DNA of 64,000 nucleotides from an uncultured Gammaproteobacteria bacterium (lineage in GTDB: Bacteria; Patescibacteriota; Microgenomatia; Daviesbacterales; UBA10151): contig CAZCNP010000001.1 of assembly GCA_964500725.1 (NCBI GenBank), positions 766 through 64,765 on the forward strand. The letters are read 5' to 3'. A program made the translations under genes and the position numbers. Every line of letters begins with the position of its first letter. The stretch's first letter is position 1. The notes beneath the pieces are model-generated. The model ran no database searches, was not told the DNA's origin, and worked only from the letters and a program-made list of their open reading frames with translations. Below, piece after piece: positions 1 to 10,487 of this stretch.

Positions 1-377
1 TTTCATCTTACTTGTTGTCCTAAAACACTAACTTTCTATGCTCTAGCCTCATACAGTCACAATAAGCAAAATTCCTCTCAGTTGTCCATACCTCAAAATA
101 CGCTCTTCTCTGTATGATGCAATACCTTAGATAGAGGTTTGCAACCACAAAAAAAGACCCCTTGTAGGCTAAATTGCCTTAAGGAGTCTTGAGTTCGACT
201 CTGACCCGACACGGCAATCAGCCTCAGCCCTTTAATACGCTAAGCCGATAGCCATGTCTTTCTATCTTCTGGTATTAATTATACCATGTCATAATATAAA
301 GAGTATATATACATAATTAATCTGTAATACATAAAAGATATTATAGACAAAAAAACCTACAGCCTTACAATGTAACT

Positions 378-1011
378 ATGGCAGAAGTAACAATTCAACT
401 AGGCACAGGCGGATTCTCAGCTTCCATGCAGCAGGAAGACGCGGATGCAGCAAGCGGTGCGATATCCCTAGCAATGGGGGAAGACAATACCTTTACCCAA
501 CTATTCAGGGGTGGATTAAAGTTCGGATTGACTGATATTCCCCAAGGATCAACAATCAACTCTGCAACCCTAACCTTAACCTATGAACAAGCAGGCAACT
601 GGCGGTCGAGCAACAACAGGACGTGCAGGGTATACAGGTGTTTAAGGGCTTTTGTTAACAATGAAATGACCTGGAATTCCTACTCAACAGGTAATGCGTG
701 GGGTACAGCAGGTGCAGGCAACACCACTACTGACAGGGGAAGCAGCAGACATAGGCACAGCCACCTTTGCGACTACAGCCAATGTTGACGATACAATCAG
801 CTTTACCTTAACAGCAGCTAAGATACAGGAAATGATTACAGGGGGTGTATTCACCAATAATGGCTTTATCCTAAAGGTAGATACAGAAAGCTCAGACAGA
901 TACCAGTTCATAGGTTCAGGGGGGACAGCAGCAAAAAGGCCCAAGCTTGTAATTGACTATACTGCACCAATTGTTGAACAAAAGAACCGTAGCTATGCCT
1001 ACTTCATGTGA
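378..1011 (+). CDS. Hypothetical protein of the mobile element, split over two overlapping frames (378-788 and 694-1011); possible frameshift or pseudogene
   Basis: Both ORF-track frames read as plausible protein on either side of about 700-740. The tail of frame 1 looks like out-of-frame sequence. Confidence 0.35.
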
Positions 1012-1389
1012 CTTAAAGATTGCGAACCGGGTTCCGAATCTCCTAAAGGGTAAATTTCTAAAAATTCCAGAAAAAAAATTTAAGATTAATTTTTAACTTT
1101 GGGTAAATTTTATAAAAAATATAAAAAATAATTTTCAGATCTTTGTATAGCTATTCTTCTACCTAACCCTTTACCCTATATTCTACAGAGGGGGTATGAC
1201 ATTTCATAAGGTACACCACCCACCACCAGGAGGGGGGGATTGAAAACACATGCCCCTATACCTTGAGTAGGGAAACTAGGATAGCAGGGGATTTAGAAAT
1301 AAGGATTTAAGATATGGTGTTTGTTACTCACTAAGTGGACTTTTAGGATAAAGGGAAGAAAACAGTCCGGATAATATACTTAGTATTAC

Positions 1390-1767
1390 TTATCCCTTAT
1401 CGTTATCTATTGAATTATTGCTTTCTAATTGTCTTAGTCTTTTTTCCATATCCGTCTTTTCAACGGTCTCTAAATATATCTTTGAAAGGTGGGCTAGGTC
1501 CCGGGCTGGTATTGTCTTATCGCCTTTGCCTACACTTGTTAATGTAGCCTCAAGTAGTGTCTTTATATCTGCTATTCCTTTTACCTTAAAGTCTTTCAAA
1601 TCTAATGGTCTTTGGAATCTTCCGAATCCACCTTTTTGACTCATTTGTTGTCTAAGTTTTAAGTCCTCAGGGCAATGAAATATACACAAAACCTTTGAAC
1701 TCTTAAATCTACTTGCTCTACAAGGTAAACCCGTCTCTTTATTTTTTGCCTCACATTTTAATGTCAT
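1390..1767 (-). CDS. Small zinc-ribbon protein (mobile element)
   Basis: ORF has CxxxxC and CxxHC motifs near the N-terminus. It is the last gene of a tightly packed minus-strand operon with overlapping stops and starts. Confidence 0.5.
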   Translation of the reverse strand: MTLKCEAKNKETGLPCRASRFKSSKVLCIFHCPEDLKLRQQMSQKGGFGRFQRPLDLKDFKVKGIADIKTLLEATLTSVGKGDKTIPARDLAHLSKIYLETVEKTDMEKRLRQLESNNSIDNDKG

Positions 1768-2063
1768 AATTGTTGCTTACTTTCTGCCAGTCTATACCAA
1801 CTACCGAAAGTCAGCTTTCTGTCCTTAGCCGACCGTTCAATTTCTTTCTGCTTTTCTCTCACTTGGTTTATCTTTTTAGCACCGAAGATTTTTACATATT
1901 CCGCTATTCTCTTGGTGGCATTTGTTGTGTCCGCAAACCCATATTCCAATTGTGTGAAATAATAGTCAACCATTAGGCGGTCCAGACGTGTCATATTATC
2001 CTTATCTTTAAGGTTCTTTTCCAAGATTTTAAGCCGGCTATCAATTGATACACCTGATGGCAT
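1764..2063 (-). CDS. Hypothetical protein (mobile element)
   Basis: ORF overlaps its neighbours by 4 nt, suggesting translational coupling. Confidence 0.5.
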   Translation of the reverse strand: MPSGVSIDSRLKILEKNLKDKDNMTRLDRLMVDYYFTQLEYGFADTTNATKRIAEYVKIFGAKKINQVREKQKEIERSAKDRKLTFGSWYRLAESKQQL

Positions 2064-2064
2064 T

Positions 2065-2466
2065 TTAGTTACTCTCCTTATTGTATCTTTTCTTTAAATC
2101 TTCAGTTAAGACAACAGTAACCGTTTTAGCTAACGCTTCAATATCTTTGCTGTATTTTTCAATTAGGAGTTCCTTTATCCTGGCTGAATGTTCAGCTGTT
2201 GTAACACTAAATGCAGGCAAGGTTACGTCTTCGCTCTTAACAAGCTTTGCTACATCCGCTGCCTGTTGGTTCGTCAATGCTTCTGCTTCCTTGGGATACT
2301 CTTTCCTGAATACTGCATAGAAATATTCTAGTGCTAACCTTTCCGCGAGCTGTTCAATCTCTCGCTCTCTGATAACAACTAAAACTGGTTTTCCATCTTC
2401 TAGTTCTTCTTTTTTAATTGTGTAATCCATATTATTCACCTCGCTTCCTTTATTGATTTTTCCCAT
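2065..2466 (-). CDS. Hypothetical protein (mobile element)
   Basis: ORF in the operon, with charged and helical composition. Confidence 0.5.
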   Translation of the reverse strand: MGKINKGSEVNNMDYTIKKEELEDGKPVLVVIREREIEQLAERLALEYFYAVFRKEYPKEAEALTNQQAADVAKLVKSEDVTLPAFSVTTAEHSARIKELLIEKYSKDIEALAKTVTVVLTEDLKKRYNKESN

Positions 2467-2645
2467 TCAATCGGCACCATTGGATTCATTTCTATAAAGA
2501 ATGTGTGAACAAAATCATTAGCTTTTGGCATTATCTTTAGTTTTCCTGCATCTAAGCCTTTGATTATCCCTTCTAAAAATATCGTTCTGAATTTATGCTT
2601 ACCCCTATCAGTTAGATTGTTATATTCCATTATTTCATTATCCAT
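2436..2645 (-). CDS. Hypothetical small protein (mobile element)
   Basis: ORF overlaps both neighbours. Confidence 0.4.
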   Translation of the reverse strand: MDNEIMEYNNLTDRGKHKFRTIFLEGIIKGLDAGKLKIMPKANDFVHTFFIEMNPMVPIEWEKSIKEAR

Positions 2646-2967
2646 TGTTCTTCCCTTCTAATAGTTTGGCTCGCTCTGCCAGCATAGCTTCCATTTTCTC
2701 CATCTTAAATGCCGGAACGATTGAACCTGTCTTGCCTGTCCCCATGTTTAACAGGGTTTGCTGGTACTCGATCATTAACTTATCCAAAAAGTCTTTTATC
2801 TTTTGCTGTAAAGCTGATAAATAGCCAGGCTTTACCATTTCTTCTTTTAGGATACTGAGCAAGTATTCATTATCACCGTTATTAACCATGAGAGAGCCTA
2901 GGATATAACTTTGAATCATCATCAGCACTTTAGTTTTGTTTTCTTGGTTTTCCATAATTCCTTCCAA
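2638..2967 (-). CDS. Hypothetical protein (mobile element)
   Basis: ORF in the operon. Confidence 0.45.
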   Translation of the reverse strand: MEGIMENQENKTKVLMMIQSYILGSLMVNNGDNEYLLSILKEEMVKPGYLSALQQKIKDFLDKLMIEYQQTLLNMGTGKTGSIVPAFKMEKMEAMLAERAKLLEGKNNG

Positions 2968-3652
2968 ATCGTGTTGTGTGAGATTCTAAAATGCTCTTTT
3001 TTTCGGCTTTGGTTAATCCGCCTTTTTGAAAAGATTGATACCTTTTAATCAGTGGTTCAAGGTGTGTACATTTTGCGCACAACGGTCTTTTTCTGACATC
3101 CTTAGTAAGAACGTCCGTATCACAAATCTCACAGGTTGCTAAACTTAACTGTCTGTTTTTCATTTCCCGTTGTTTTTCTAAGGGTAAATCTGATTTTGTA
3201 GTCTTGGGTTTTTCGTAAGCTGATAACAACTTTCCGAATTTCTCATTTAATCCATTTTGTTTCATAAGGATTCTGACATAATTAGCCAACCGATCGAGCC
3301 TGCTCTCACCTGGAAGGGGTGCTACCATTTTATCTTCCAATGCCCTGATAGTTCCTAATATATCCTCGATCTGGTTGCTCTTAGATTTAACTACTGCATA
3401 ATCAACCAAGTCGCCTACTTTTTCCTTAACCAGATAATCATTATTTTTAGGAATACCCAAAAAGTTAAGAGTTTCATAAAAGGTGGGTGAGCTTCTGTAA
3501 TCATCCTGTGGGATCAATTCTTTTGCTGCTTCAAAATCTTCGGACGTTATCTGGTCTTCCTGGGAAACCTGGTTATCCTGCGTCTCCGGCTGTTCCTGAG
3601 GATTATCAGTAGGTACATCTGTGTATATTGGCTGGGCAGTATTTTCATCCAT
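2930..3652 (-). CDS. Hypothetical protein with an acidic N-terminus and a C-terminal Cys4 zinc ribbon
   Basis: C-terminal CEIC...CAKC motif. Confidence 0.5.
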   Translation of the reverse strand: MDENTAQPIYTDVPTDNPQEQPETQDNQVSQEDQITSEDFEAAKELIPQDDYRSSPTFYETLNFLGIPKNNDYLVKEKVGDLVDYAVVKSKSNQIEDILGTIRALEDKMVAPLPGESRLDRLANYVRILMKQNGLNEKFGKLLSAYEKPKTTKSDLPLEKQREMKNRQLSLATCEICDTDVLTKDVRKRPLCAKCTHLEPLIKRYQSFQKGGLTKAEKKSILESHTTRFGRNYGKPRKQN

Positions 3653-3795
3653 AGTTTTGGTGCATGGGCAGTAGATAGTTACCCTTTAAAAGGCGCTTAA
3701 GGCCACCCATGCGTATTTTTTCTTAAGCCTATATAGAATAACGGCCTAGGAAATTCTGTCAACTAGCAAAGCAGCTAGGTTGTGTTGGCTACCAG

Positions 3796-4137
3796 CTAGT
3801 CCTCGTACAGTGCCTGCCGGTAGCAGCTCTTGCAATAATAAATTAATTTTCCCTCTTCCGCTTCGGTCTCTACCCTTTCACCGCTTAAAGGCTCGTTGCA
3901 GCCGTAGCAGTGACTTCTTTGAAAGATCAACAGTTCATTTTTTAACACCTGCCTAGTCCTACCAACTTTGCCCCTACAGTTTTTGCAATATTTTGCATTA
4001 CTTTTTGTGGCAAATGCTGTTTGGCAATTAAAGCAAACGCTGACATGCGATCTTGGTCGGTATTCCGTCTTTGGTTTCTCGCCAAAGTTTTTAGGTAGGA
4101 TTGTTTTGCCTTGTTTATCCCAGTTTGCAAAGCGCAT
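3796..4137 (-). CDS. Cys-rich zinc-finger protein
   Basis: Multiple CxxC pairs (CFNC, CKNC, CYGC, CKSC). Confidence 0.5.
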   Translation of the reverse strand: MRFANWDKQGKTILPKNFGEKPKTEYRPRSHVSVCFNCQTAFATKSNAKYCKNCRGKVGRTRQVLKNELLIFQRSHCYGCNEPLSGERVETEAEEGKLIYYCKSCYRQALYED

Positions 4138-4142
4138 TTAAC

Positions 4143-4511
4143 CTACACCCCCCATTTACTATCTTTTAAAACTTCTTGCGCCTGTTGGTCCCACTTTCTT
4201 TTTTCCAGTTCAAACCTTCTAGCTTCCTGGCTGGCGTCATAAACCCTATCTTGGATTCTGCTTACTTGGCTATCCTGAACATTAGAGAGCTTTCTAGCCC
4301 ATGAAGTTTCCTGTTTGCTGTGCATCCGTACAGGTTCCAGTTGCTTCTTTAACTTTTCCTGTCTCTCTGCTGCATCTCTTTTGGTAAAAGCTGCAATTCT
4401 GTGAGCAAAAATATCCCTTCCGGTAAATCGCTCACCTTTTTCCAGTTCTATTTTTCTTATCTCAGCTGCCGTGGTTGAATCAATATTATCTGTTGTAAAT
4501 GCTTGTGACAT
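4143..4511 (-). CDS. Hypothetical protein (mobile element)
   Basis: ORF with charged, coiled composition. Confidence 0.5.
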   Translation of the reverse strand: MSQAFTTDNIDSTTAAEIRKIELEKGERFTGRDIFAHRIAAFTKRDAAERQEKLKKQLEPVRMHSKQETSWARKLSNVQDSQVSRIQDRVYDASQEARRFELEKRKWDQQAQEVLKDSKWGV

Positions 4512-4529
4512 TATTTGTACACCTCCTTC

Positions 4530-4829
4530 CTATGGTGAATAGTTAATATAAAATAGCTTCCAGTTCTCGTTAATATATTGAGTCGGTGTAACACTTAAGG
4601 CTATAAGTGTCTCAATCAATAAAGTTCCTATATATGGCGTATTACTTGGCGTACCTAACGCGTCTGTGATTACTTTACGCAACCATTGCTTTGTCTGGTC
4701 TGGTAAAGTTCCTGTGAAGGATTGACCGTTAAAATAAGTTCTTTTTAATTGGTCAATCGTAACCTGGGCTGTACCAGGATTTACCCTAGCCAGCAACCAA
4801 TCCCTCTCCAGTTGTTGTAAGCTTGCCAT
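4530..4829 (-). CDS. Hypothetical protein (mobile element)
   Basis: ORF in the operon. Confidence 0.5.
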   Translation of the reverse strand: MASLQQLERDWLLARVNPGTAQVTIDQLKRTYFNGQSFTGTLPDQTKQWLRKVITDALGTPSNTPYIGTLLIETLIALSVTPTQYINENWKLFYINYSP

Positions 4830-4989
4830 TATATGCCCCTCCTGTAATATGACTGACTAAACGCTAGATCCTTCTGCTCCTTACACGGCTTGCAACGTAC
4901 CGGTTCATTAAAGTTTCTTTTTTTAAAATACTCCTGATCCTTAGTTCCAAAAGTAAAAAATTCTCCACAATCTACACATTTTATTTTTT

Positions 4990-7900
4990 TCATAGTGATT
5001 GCCTTAACATTAATTTTTTAGTAGACAATGGTGTGAAAAGTCGCTTCGGCAGCTTTGGAACCATTATCTTTGCTGGTGTTATTTTATTAATACTTGGACT
5101 AATTTTCCTAATAGGTAAAAACTTTAATTTTTTAGGTCGTGTGTAGTTGCCTGTGGGTGTATCAAGAGTGCCTTTGCTGTAAGCAATTAGCTGATCCAAC
5201 ATTTTTTTCTGTTCTTTGGAAATGTCCCCATCGTCCAACCACTTAGCCGTTACTCCGGTTGATAAAACTTCAACCTCTGCTAAATAAAGAGCTGTCTTTT
5301 TGAATTCCTCATTTGCTAGTCCTTTCAGTGTTCCCTTGATAAACTTACCCCTGCTGCCGTTCTCAACTGATAGTCCCTTCATCATAATTACACTGGCTGT
5401 TTCCCAGCTCAAGCCTTGCTTTTGTAGTATTTCTTCTGTTTGTGCTCTCGGTAGGCCCAAATCAAAAACATCTTTTATTGTTTTCTCGTTTTGGGACATT
5501 TCCCTTTCATTCATCAAAGCATCAAGTAGGGGATCGCCTGTAGGATTCTGTTTAGTTGGTTCTGTAGCTTTTTGTTTAAATAATCCAAACAAATCAAATC
5601 CTGACTTGGGCTGTAAGTCCGGTTTCACTTCCCTGGACCGAATAATCATATTGTGGGCTTCTGTGGGCTTATATCCTGAATTCAGTAATAGTTTGTATGT
5701 TGCTGTTTCTGCCTCTGATAATGGTCTGCCGTCGTCATAATATTGCTGTGCGCCAGAGGTAGTCGTAGGTCCGAAAATAGCAGCTTGTGGACCTTGCACC
5801 GGATACCTTAAACGTCCTGTTTCGGTATAACTTCCACCTTCTCCGATTGCCTTTGTTCCCTCAAAGGTTTTCTTAATCTGTGCACCTGCCGGAAGATAAT
5901 TTATAGCACCTTTCACTACATTTTTATTTAATATACGGTCCTGTAGGCTTAGCGGATTACCATAGGCGTCCTGATCCTGAGTAACAGCTTGAGTTGCACC
6001 GTAGGGTAACTGCAAAGTAGGTGGTACTCCTATCCTTATTGTTGGTATCAAATCTTCAACTTTCATTCCCCATAACCTGCCTAAGGTTGATACCATAAAT
6101 AGGGAAGCGCCTGTCCATCTAACAAGCCCTGCAAAGTCTTTATTTTTTATCATGCCACCCAAAAACTCACCTTGTTTTAAGGTATAGGATTGAAATTGAC
6201 CTAATGTTTTAGCAAGGTCTGAAGAAAGAATCTGAGGAGTATCAATACTGCCAAATGTGAATTGAGTTTCTCTTACCAGTTGCTTTGCATACTTAACCGC
6301 CTCTGCCTCGCTCATGCCCTGACTGATAGCTTTTGCCTTTGCGCCCCAAAAAGCTGCACCCCTGTTGATTTTTTCAGCTAGGTTGAATAGATAAAAAAGG
6401 CCTTCGTCAATCTTTTGCATCGTCTGTTTTGTTGCACTGAGTGTCCGGTCTTCAATTATGTTATTTGCTAAAACTCCCACATCGTGCAGCTCTGTGTCTT
6501 TGCCTGCTAAAAACTTCGGCATATTTTGTAAGACCTTTGTATATCCGATTAAGGTATATTTTTCGCCTAATTTTGCGTAAGTGTTGGCGCCCTGGGTAAG
6601 ATTTAGTAAGGCAGTTTTAACATTGAGCCCCAAAAGTCCCCGGTAAACCATTTGTCGGGCTTTTTGAGTGATAACCGTTAGGGGTCTTGCTCCCATTCTG
6701 TAGCCAAAAGGTGAGGACTTAATGGCATTGTCGATCAAATTATCAATATCCGAGGGCCTCATATTTATACGATCAATCCGGGATTTAACGTACCTGAACT
6801 GCGAATCCTCCAAGCCTTCAGCTGCGTCACTTATCTTTTTTAGCACAGGGTCCAAGTTTACTTTCCTGACGGCCCTTTTTGTGTAAGCATCAAGCGATCG
6901 CCAAACATCCTCAATATAGCCTTGTTTTCCTAGCCGTTGCTCAACAAAAGGATCATAAACTGAACCAGCTACTTTGTCTCGGATTAATTTTGCAAAATCC
7001 GGATCAAATTCTTTTTTTATTAAGTCCTGGTCGAAAATGTGTGTAATGTAATTTGTGATCCTTTTCTCTTTCGGCAAACCCAACCTTTCGGCCCAATTAG
7101 ATAGATAACCTTTGATCTCTTCTGCAACCTTTAACTCTTCCCCCTGCAAAATAGTATTTTTTCCATCTAGCCATTGAAAGATTTTTTGATTTGATTCAGG
7201 CAAAACACGCTTACTCCAATCCGTAATCCTTTGAATCTCTTGCGGTAGTTCTGTTTGATAGCTGTCAAAAGCAGTCCGGAGCTGCTCCGCCTGTTTTCCT
7301 AAACCTATTTTATTAAGTACATATTCGGGTGTTCTGAAATAGTCCAGAATGTTTACCTTTGATTTAACATCAATGCTGCTTTTTAAAGAATTTTCAAAGG
7401 CACTGGCTGAATCGTAATTACCTTGCGATTTAATCCAGTCCAAAGGCGTCATATTATTTTCAATAATTTTCTGGCTTTCCTTATATCCGATCTTGTCTAT
7501 CTGGGCTTTTTTAAAACCTCTTGCGATTAAGTCATTCCCGTAATTTAAAAGGTTTGAGAGCCTTGCTTCTTTAGTGGCTGCTGTAGCAATCTTTGCTCCT
7601 ACCTTTGCCCCAACTTGAGTAACGCCCATTGGTGAAAAACTCAAAGCTTGTTCTGCTATTTGCTCCTGAGTTGGCAGTGGATTCTTTTGTGCAAAGTTTG
7701 ATCTACGTCTTAGGCCTTCCGGTGTTTCACCAAATCCTGCAAAACTGGCAACGTCTTTCCCGTAATTGACTGCGGGCTGAATATATCTAGTGTTTACGTT
7801 CTGAAGCCTTTTCTGTAAATTATTTGCCAGTGTATCAATTGTTGGTTTTAAAACCGTATGCGCTTGACCTAAGAAATTTTGAAAACCTTGGTTTAACTCA

Positions 7901-8175
7901 TTCATTTGCGGCTGAGCTATTTTTTTTAATTCGTTTATAAATCGGTCTTGAGCGACTTCAGTCGGTGGGGTAAATCTAGGTAATTGGCTGGGGGGTTGTG
8001 GGGGTAAAGGGTTAAAATTTTGTGGCCGGGGTGTTTGTAAAAAATTCTGAAAACCCGTTTCTAAGTTTTCCAAACCTTGACTCGCTTTCTGGGCAACAGT
8101 ATTAAAGTTGCTAGCAGAAATTATTTTTTTTACGGCTTCTGATCCGAATTTTTCTAATGCCGTCGAAATGCTCAT
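4990..8175 (-). CDS. Large hypothetical protein (1061 aa), possibly virion-associated or structural
   Basis: Long ORF with a Pro/Gln-rich N-terminal region and a Lys-rich C-terminus. It is the largest gene of the element. I recognise no catalytic motif. Confidence 0.55.
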   Translation of the reverse strand: MSISTALEKFGSEAVKKIISASNFNTVAQKASQGLENLETGFQNFLQTPRPQNFNPLPPQPPSQLPRFTPPTEVAQDRFINELKKIAQPQMNELNQGFQNFLGQAHTVLKPTIDTLANNLQKRLQNVNTRYIQPAVNYGKDVASFAGFGETPEGLRRRSNFAQKNPLPTQEQIAEQALSFSPMGVTQVGAKVGAKIATAATKEARLSNLLNYGNDLIARGFKKAQIDKIGYKESQKIIENNMTPLDWIKSQGNYDSASAFENSLKSSIDVKSKVNILDYFRTPEYVLNKIGLGKQAEQLRTAFDSYQTELPQEIQRITDWSKRVLPESNQKIFQWLDGKNTILQGEELKVAEEIKGYLSNWAERLGLPKEKRITNYITHIFDQDLIKKEFDPDFAKLIRDKVAGSVYDPFVEQRLGKQGYIEDVWRSLDAYTKRAVRKVNLDPVLKKISDAAEGLEDSQFRYVKSRIDRINMRPSDIDNLIDNAIKSSPFGYRMGARPLTVITQKARQMVYRGLLGLNVKTALLNLTQGANTYAKLGEKYTLIGYTKVLQNMPKFLAGKDTELHDVGVLANNIIEDRTLSATKQTMQKIDEGLFYLFNLAEKINRGAAFWGAKAKAISQGMSEAEAVKYAKQLVRETQFTFGSIDTPQILSSDLAKTLGQFQSYTLKQGEFLGGMIKNKDFAGLVRWTGASLFMVSTLGRLWGMKVEDLIPTIRIGVPPTLQLPYGATQAVTQDQDAYGNPLSLQDRILNKNVVKGAINYLPAGAQIKKTFEGTKAIGEGGSYTETGRLRYPVQGPQAAIFGPTTTSGAQQYYDDGRPLSEAETATYKLLLNSGYKPTEAHNMIIRSREVKPDLQPKSGFDLFGLFKQKATEPTKQNPTGDPLLDALMNEREMSQNEKTIKDVFDLGLPRAQTEEILQKQGLSWETASVIMMKGLSVENGSRGKFIKGTLKGLANEEFKKTALYLAEVEVLSTGVTAKWLDDGDISKEQKKMLDQLIAYSKGTLDTPTGNYTRPKKLKFLPIRKISPSINKITPAKIMVPKLPKRLFTPLSTKKLMLRQSL

Positions 8176-8183
8176 ATTGTAAT

Positions 8184-9455
8184 TTAAACGAAAGGATTTG
8201 TTAGATTTTCATAAGGGTCATCTTTATTACCCTTTGTTGGAGCGTATAAAGAATATGAATTCAAACCTTGGCTTTGTGGGGACAAACTTTGCGAACCAGA
8301 AAAACCGGAATAATCTAAAGTCGGCTGCTGAAGCTGGGAGAAGTTGTTTGCAATTTGCGCGTTTTGCTCGTATTTCCATATTTCTAAATCCCAGAGGGCT
8401 GCTTGGCGAGTAGCCGCTAAATTATCTATTTGTGATTTGTATTGACTCAAGAGCTGAAAAGCATTCCCCGCCTTGGCTGACTTTATTGAACTCTCGTCTG
8501 AAAAAATCTGCATAAGCTGGGCTTGAGCGTTGGCTCTGATTTTTTGCTCTTCCGTAAGGACATTCTCATCAATTTTTCGTCTCTGATTGAAGGCGTATCG
8601 GTCCAGTTGCGCGGCATAATCCTGCAATTTAGCTGTTTGATTTGTATATGAGCGCTCATTTGCCCCTTGCTGTCTGGCAAATTCCTTAGAGGCTATTTCT
8701 GTAGCGGCCATCCCTGCACTGCCCCTACCTCCGAATCTGGCTTGGGATTGCTGTTGAAGGGCTTTATACGAGCGGAGAGCCTCGTCAAAAGCTGACGTTT
8801 TTTCTGCATCTAACGCGCCTTGCGAGGTCTTAATTGTATCAAAACCAAGTTGCTTTTGCTCTTCCACATCTCTCTTCATTTGCTCTTGTTGCAATTTCAA
8901 ATCATTAAGCGCTCCTGGTAAAGAAACGTCATTAATATATGATTTTTGTTGTTGAAGAGTGTCAAAAAGTGGATTATAAATACTATCCAATTGTGCACTC
9001 AAATCCGGCTGACTGTTTGATGAACCATAGCCACGGGCTTGTCTTAATCTGTTTATATCGCCACCCATAGCAGAATTGAAGTCATTAATTGCGGAACCTT
9101 CGGGCCAACCTTGATAAAATGGCGAAATTTGATCCCAAAGAGAACCACCGCCGGAATTATTTTGCTGAGGTGCAGGAGTTGGTGCAGGTGCAGGTTTGGC
9201 AGGCTGTGGGACGTTATAACCTACAACACCGGAACTGCTCAAAGGACTAATCAAGCCTGGCGTTTGGTACGGTGTCAGTTGAGCACTGGTTGAGGTCCGG
9301 TAATTTAAATCTAACGGACTGGTGCTTCTATAAAATAAATCATTTGGTACGTTTAATGCCATAATTTTTCCCAATAAAAAAGAGCCCTTTGCCGTTTTGG
9401 CTTTTGGACTCTCTGAATGACCTTTTAAGGTCAAAACAAATATTTGTATTCTCAA
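8184..9455 (-). CDS. Gln/Asn-rich coiled-coil protein (423 aa), possibly scaffold- or fibre-like
   Basis: ORF with Q/N-rich and Pro-Ala stretches. It is the first gene of the leftward operon. Confidence 0.5.
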   Translation of the reverse strand: MRIQIFVLTLKGHSESPKAKTAKGSFLLGKIMALNVPNDLFYRSTSPLDLNYRTSTSAQLTPYQTPGLISPLSSSGVVGYNVPQPAKPAPAPTPAPQQNNSGGGSLWDQISPFYQGWPEGSAINDFNSAMGGDINRLRQARGYGSSNSQPDLSAQLDSIYNPLFDTLQQQKSYINDVSLPGALNDLKLQQEQMKRDVEEQKQLGFDTIKTSQGALDAEKTSAFDEALRSYKALQQQSQARFGGRGSAGMAATEIASKEFARQQGANERSYTNQTAKLQDYAAQLDRYAFNQRRKIDENVLTEEQKIRANAQAQLMQIFSDESSIKSAKAGNAFQLLSQYKSQIDNLAATRQAALWDLEIWKYEQNAQIANNFSQLQQPTLDYSGFSGSQSLSPQSQGLNSYSLYAPTKGNKDDPYENLTNPFV

Positions 9456-9703
9456 GTATATAGGCTGTGGAAAAGTTGTCTAGATACCAAAATAGGCACA
9501 AATCAAAAAAAACTACCCAAAAATCAAAGGCCCTGTAGTTCGATTTAAGGGCTTACAGATAGTGTCCCCTACTCTTAGGGTCAACTAAACTAAAAATTAC
9601 AGGCACAAAATGAAGCTAAAATAGTGGGGGAGTGGTAGGGTATCAAACTATGTCAAAAATGCCTTAGTTTGGATGAGTATATCAAAGTGTATCAAGAAAA
9701 GAT

Positions 9704-9970
9704 TTAACTGCTGTTTTTCTGTGACGTGGCTATATTACAAAGCTGTTCACAGACGAAGTCCGCAGCTTTTCTATCAGACAAACCGCTGGGCACTTCAACG
9801 TGAATGTTTCTGATTTCTATTGCAAATCGCTCTGCGTCCTCACCAGAGTTAAAATAACCTGGTAAAAAACCTCTTGAGGTTTCTTTATTCACAAGAACTG
9901 CAATTGCTGCCTGGAACTTGCCTGTTTGATGATCTTGCCTCACTCCTTTGATTTCAACTTTGTAATTCAT
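9704..9970 (-). CDS. Hypothetical small protein
   Basis: ORF upstream of the leftward operon. Confidence 0.4.
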   Translation of the reverse strand: MNYKVEIKGVRQDHQTGKFQAAIAVLVNKETSRGFLPGYFNSGEDAERFAIEIRNIHVEVPSGLSDRKAADFVCEQLCNIATSQKNSS

Positions 9971-10059
9971 TATTTTAATATTACCAGAACCTTAAAACAT
10001 ATCTAAGCCTATAGATATTTTGGTCTTATTTTGCGCACAAAATGCTTTTAAGTTGCCCC

Positions 10060-10088
10060 TTGACGACAAATATTTTTGGTAGTATTCT
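10060..10088 (+). promoter_or_regulatory. Candidate sigma70-type promoter (TTGACG, 17-nt spacer, TATTCT) driving the rightward replication operon, inside a divergent control region
   Basis: Hexamers read directly from the sequence. Nested inverted repeats (AGCAGC..TCGGAgcgaTCCGA..GCTGCT, then a T-run) lie at about 10140-10200. Confidence 0.3.
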
Positions 10089-10283
10089 TGTTTGCAGTTA
10101 GAAAATAAGAACAGCTAATTCAGCTTTTAAAAAAGCACTTTAGCAGCTATATTTTTCGGAGCGATCCGAAAGAAATGGCTGCTTTTTTTGTGGAATTTTT
10201 AGATTAAAGGAGAGATTCAGTAGGTGGTAATTAATGTTTTCTTGAAAAACTGGGCATATTCCGCCACCTACTGAAAACAAAAC

Positions 10284-10487
10284 ATGAACACTATAAAAGA
10301 TTATATCAGAAATAAAAAAGTAGGCCTTTGGAGCAAGGTATGTCTTACTTGCGGCGTCCCCCTTAAATACAAACACTCAACTCACCCTTATTGCAGTAAG
10401 TGTTACCTGAAATCTGAAATCTTCCACGAGTGGCGCAGAAAATATGACCGAGCACGCAGAAAAAGAGAGAGGGAGGCTAAAAAATGA
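10284..10487 (+). CDS. Small zinc-ribbon protein, translationally coupled to the primase (ATGA overlap)
   Basis: CLTCG...CSKC motifs, Lys/Arg-rich tail, and a 4-nt overlap with the next gene. Confidence 0.5.
   Translation: MNTIKDYIRNKKVGLWSKVCLTCGVPLKYKHSTHPYCSKCYLKSEIFHEWRRKYDRARRKREREAKK

Noticed and set aside
160-240. Possible tRNA or att fragment near the window start (GAGTTCGACTCTGACCCGACA).
   Set aside because: It has a T-loop-like TTCGA, but no acceptor or T-stem pairing could be built, and it does not contain the TTTACACTGCG core.
5300-5740. Antisense ORF inside the 1061-aa gene. Other shadow ORFs of the same kind lie at 1418-1639, 1770-1976, 2081-2320, 8198-8413, 9111-9293, 11056-11289, 11410-11685, 12292-12477, 15367-15683, 17485-17703, 27569-27757, 27977-28165, 33406-33597, 36036-36245, 40538-40768, 41224-41484, 44391-44747, 45514-45919, 52666-53325, 54434-54676, 56367-56819, 56880-57071, 57440-57823 and 60745-61008.
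   Set aside because: They are embedded in longer ORFs with clear homology on the other strand or frame, and their composition reads like out-of-frame sequence.
10140-10376. 78-aa minus-strand ORF in the element control region.
   Set aside because: It overlaps the candidate promoter and palindromes and the start of the plus-strand Zn-ribbon gene. It has a hydrophobic junk-like composition.
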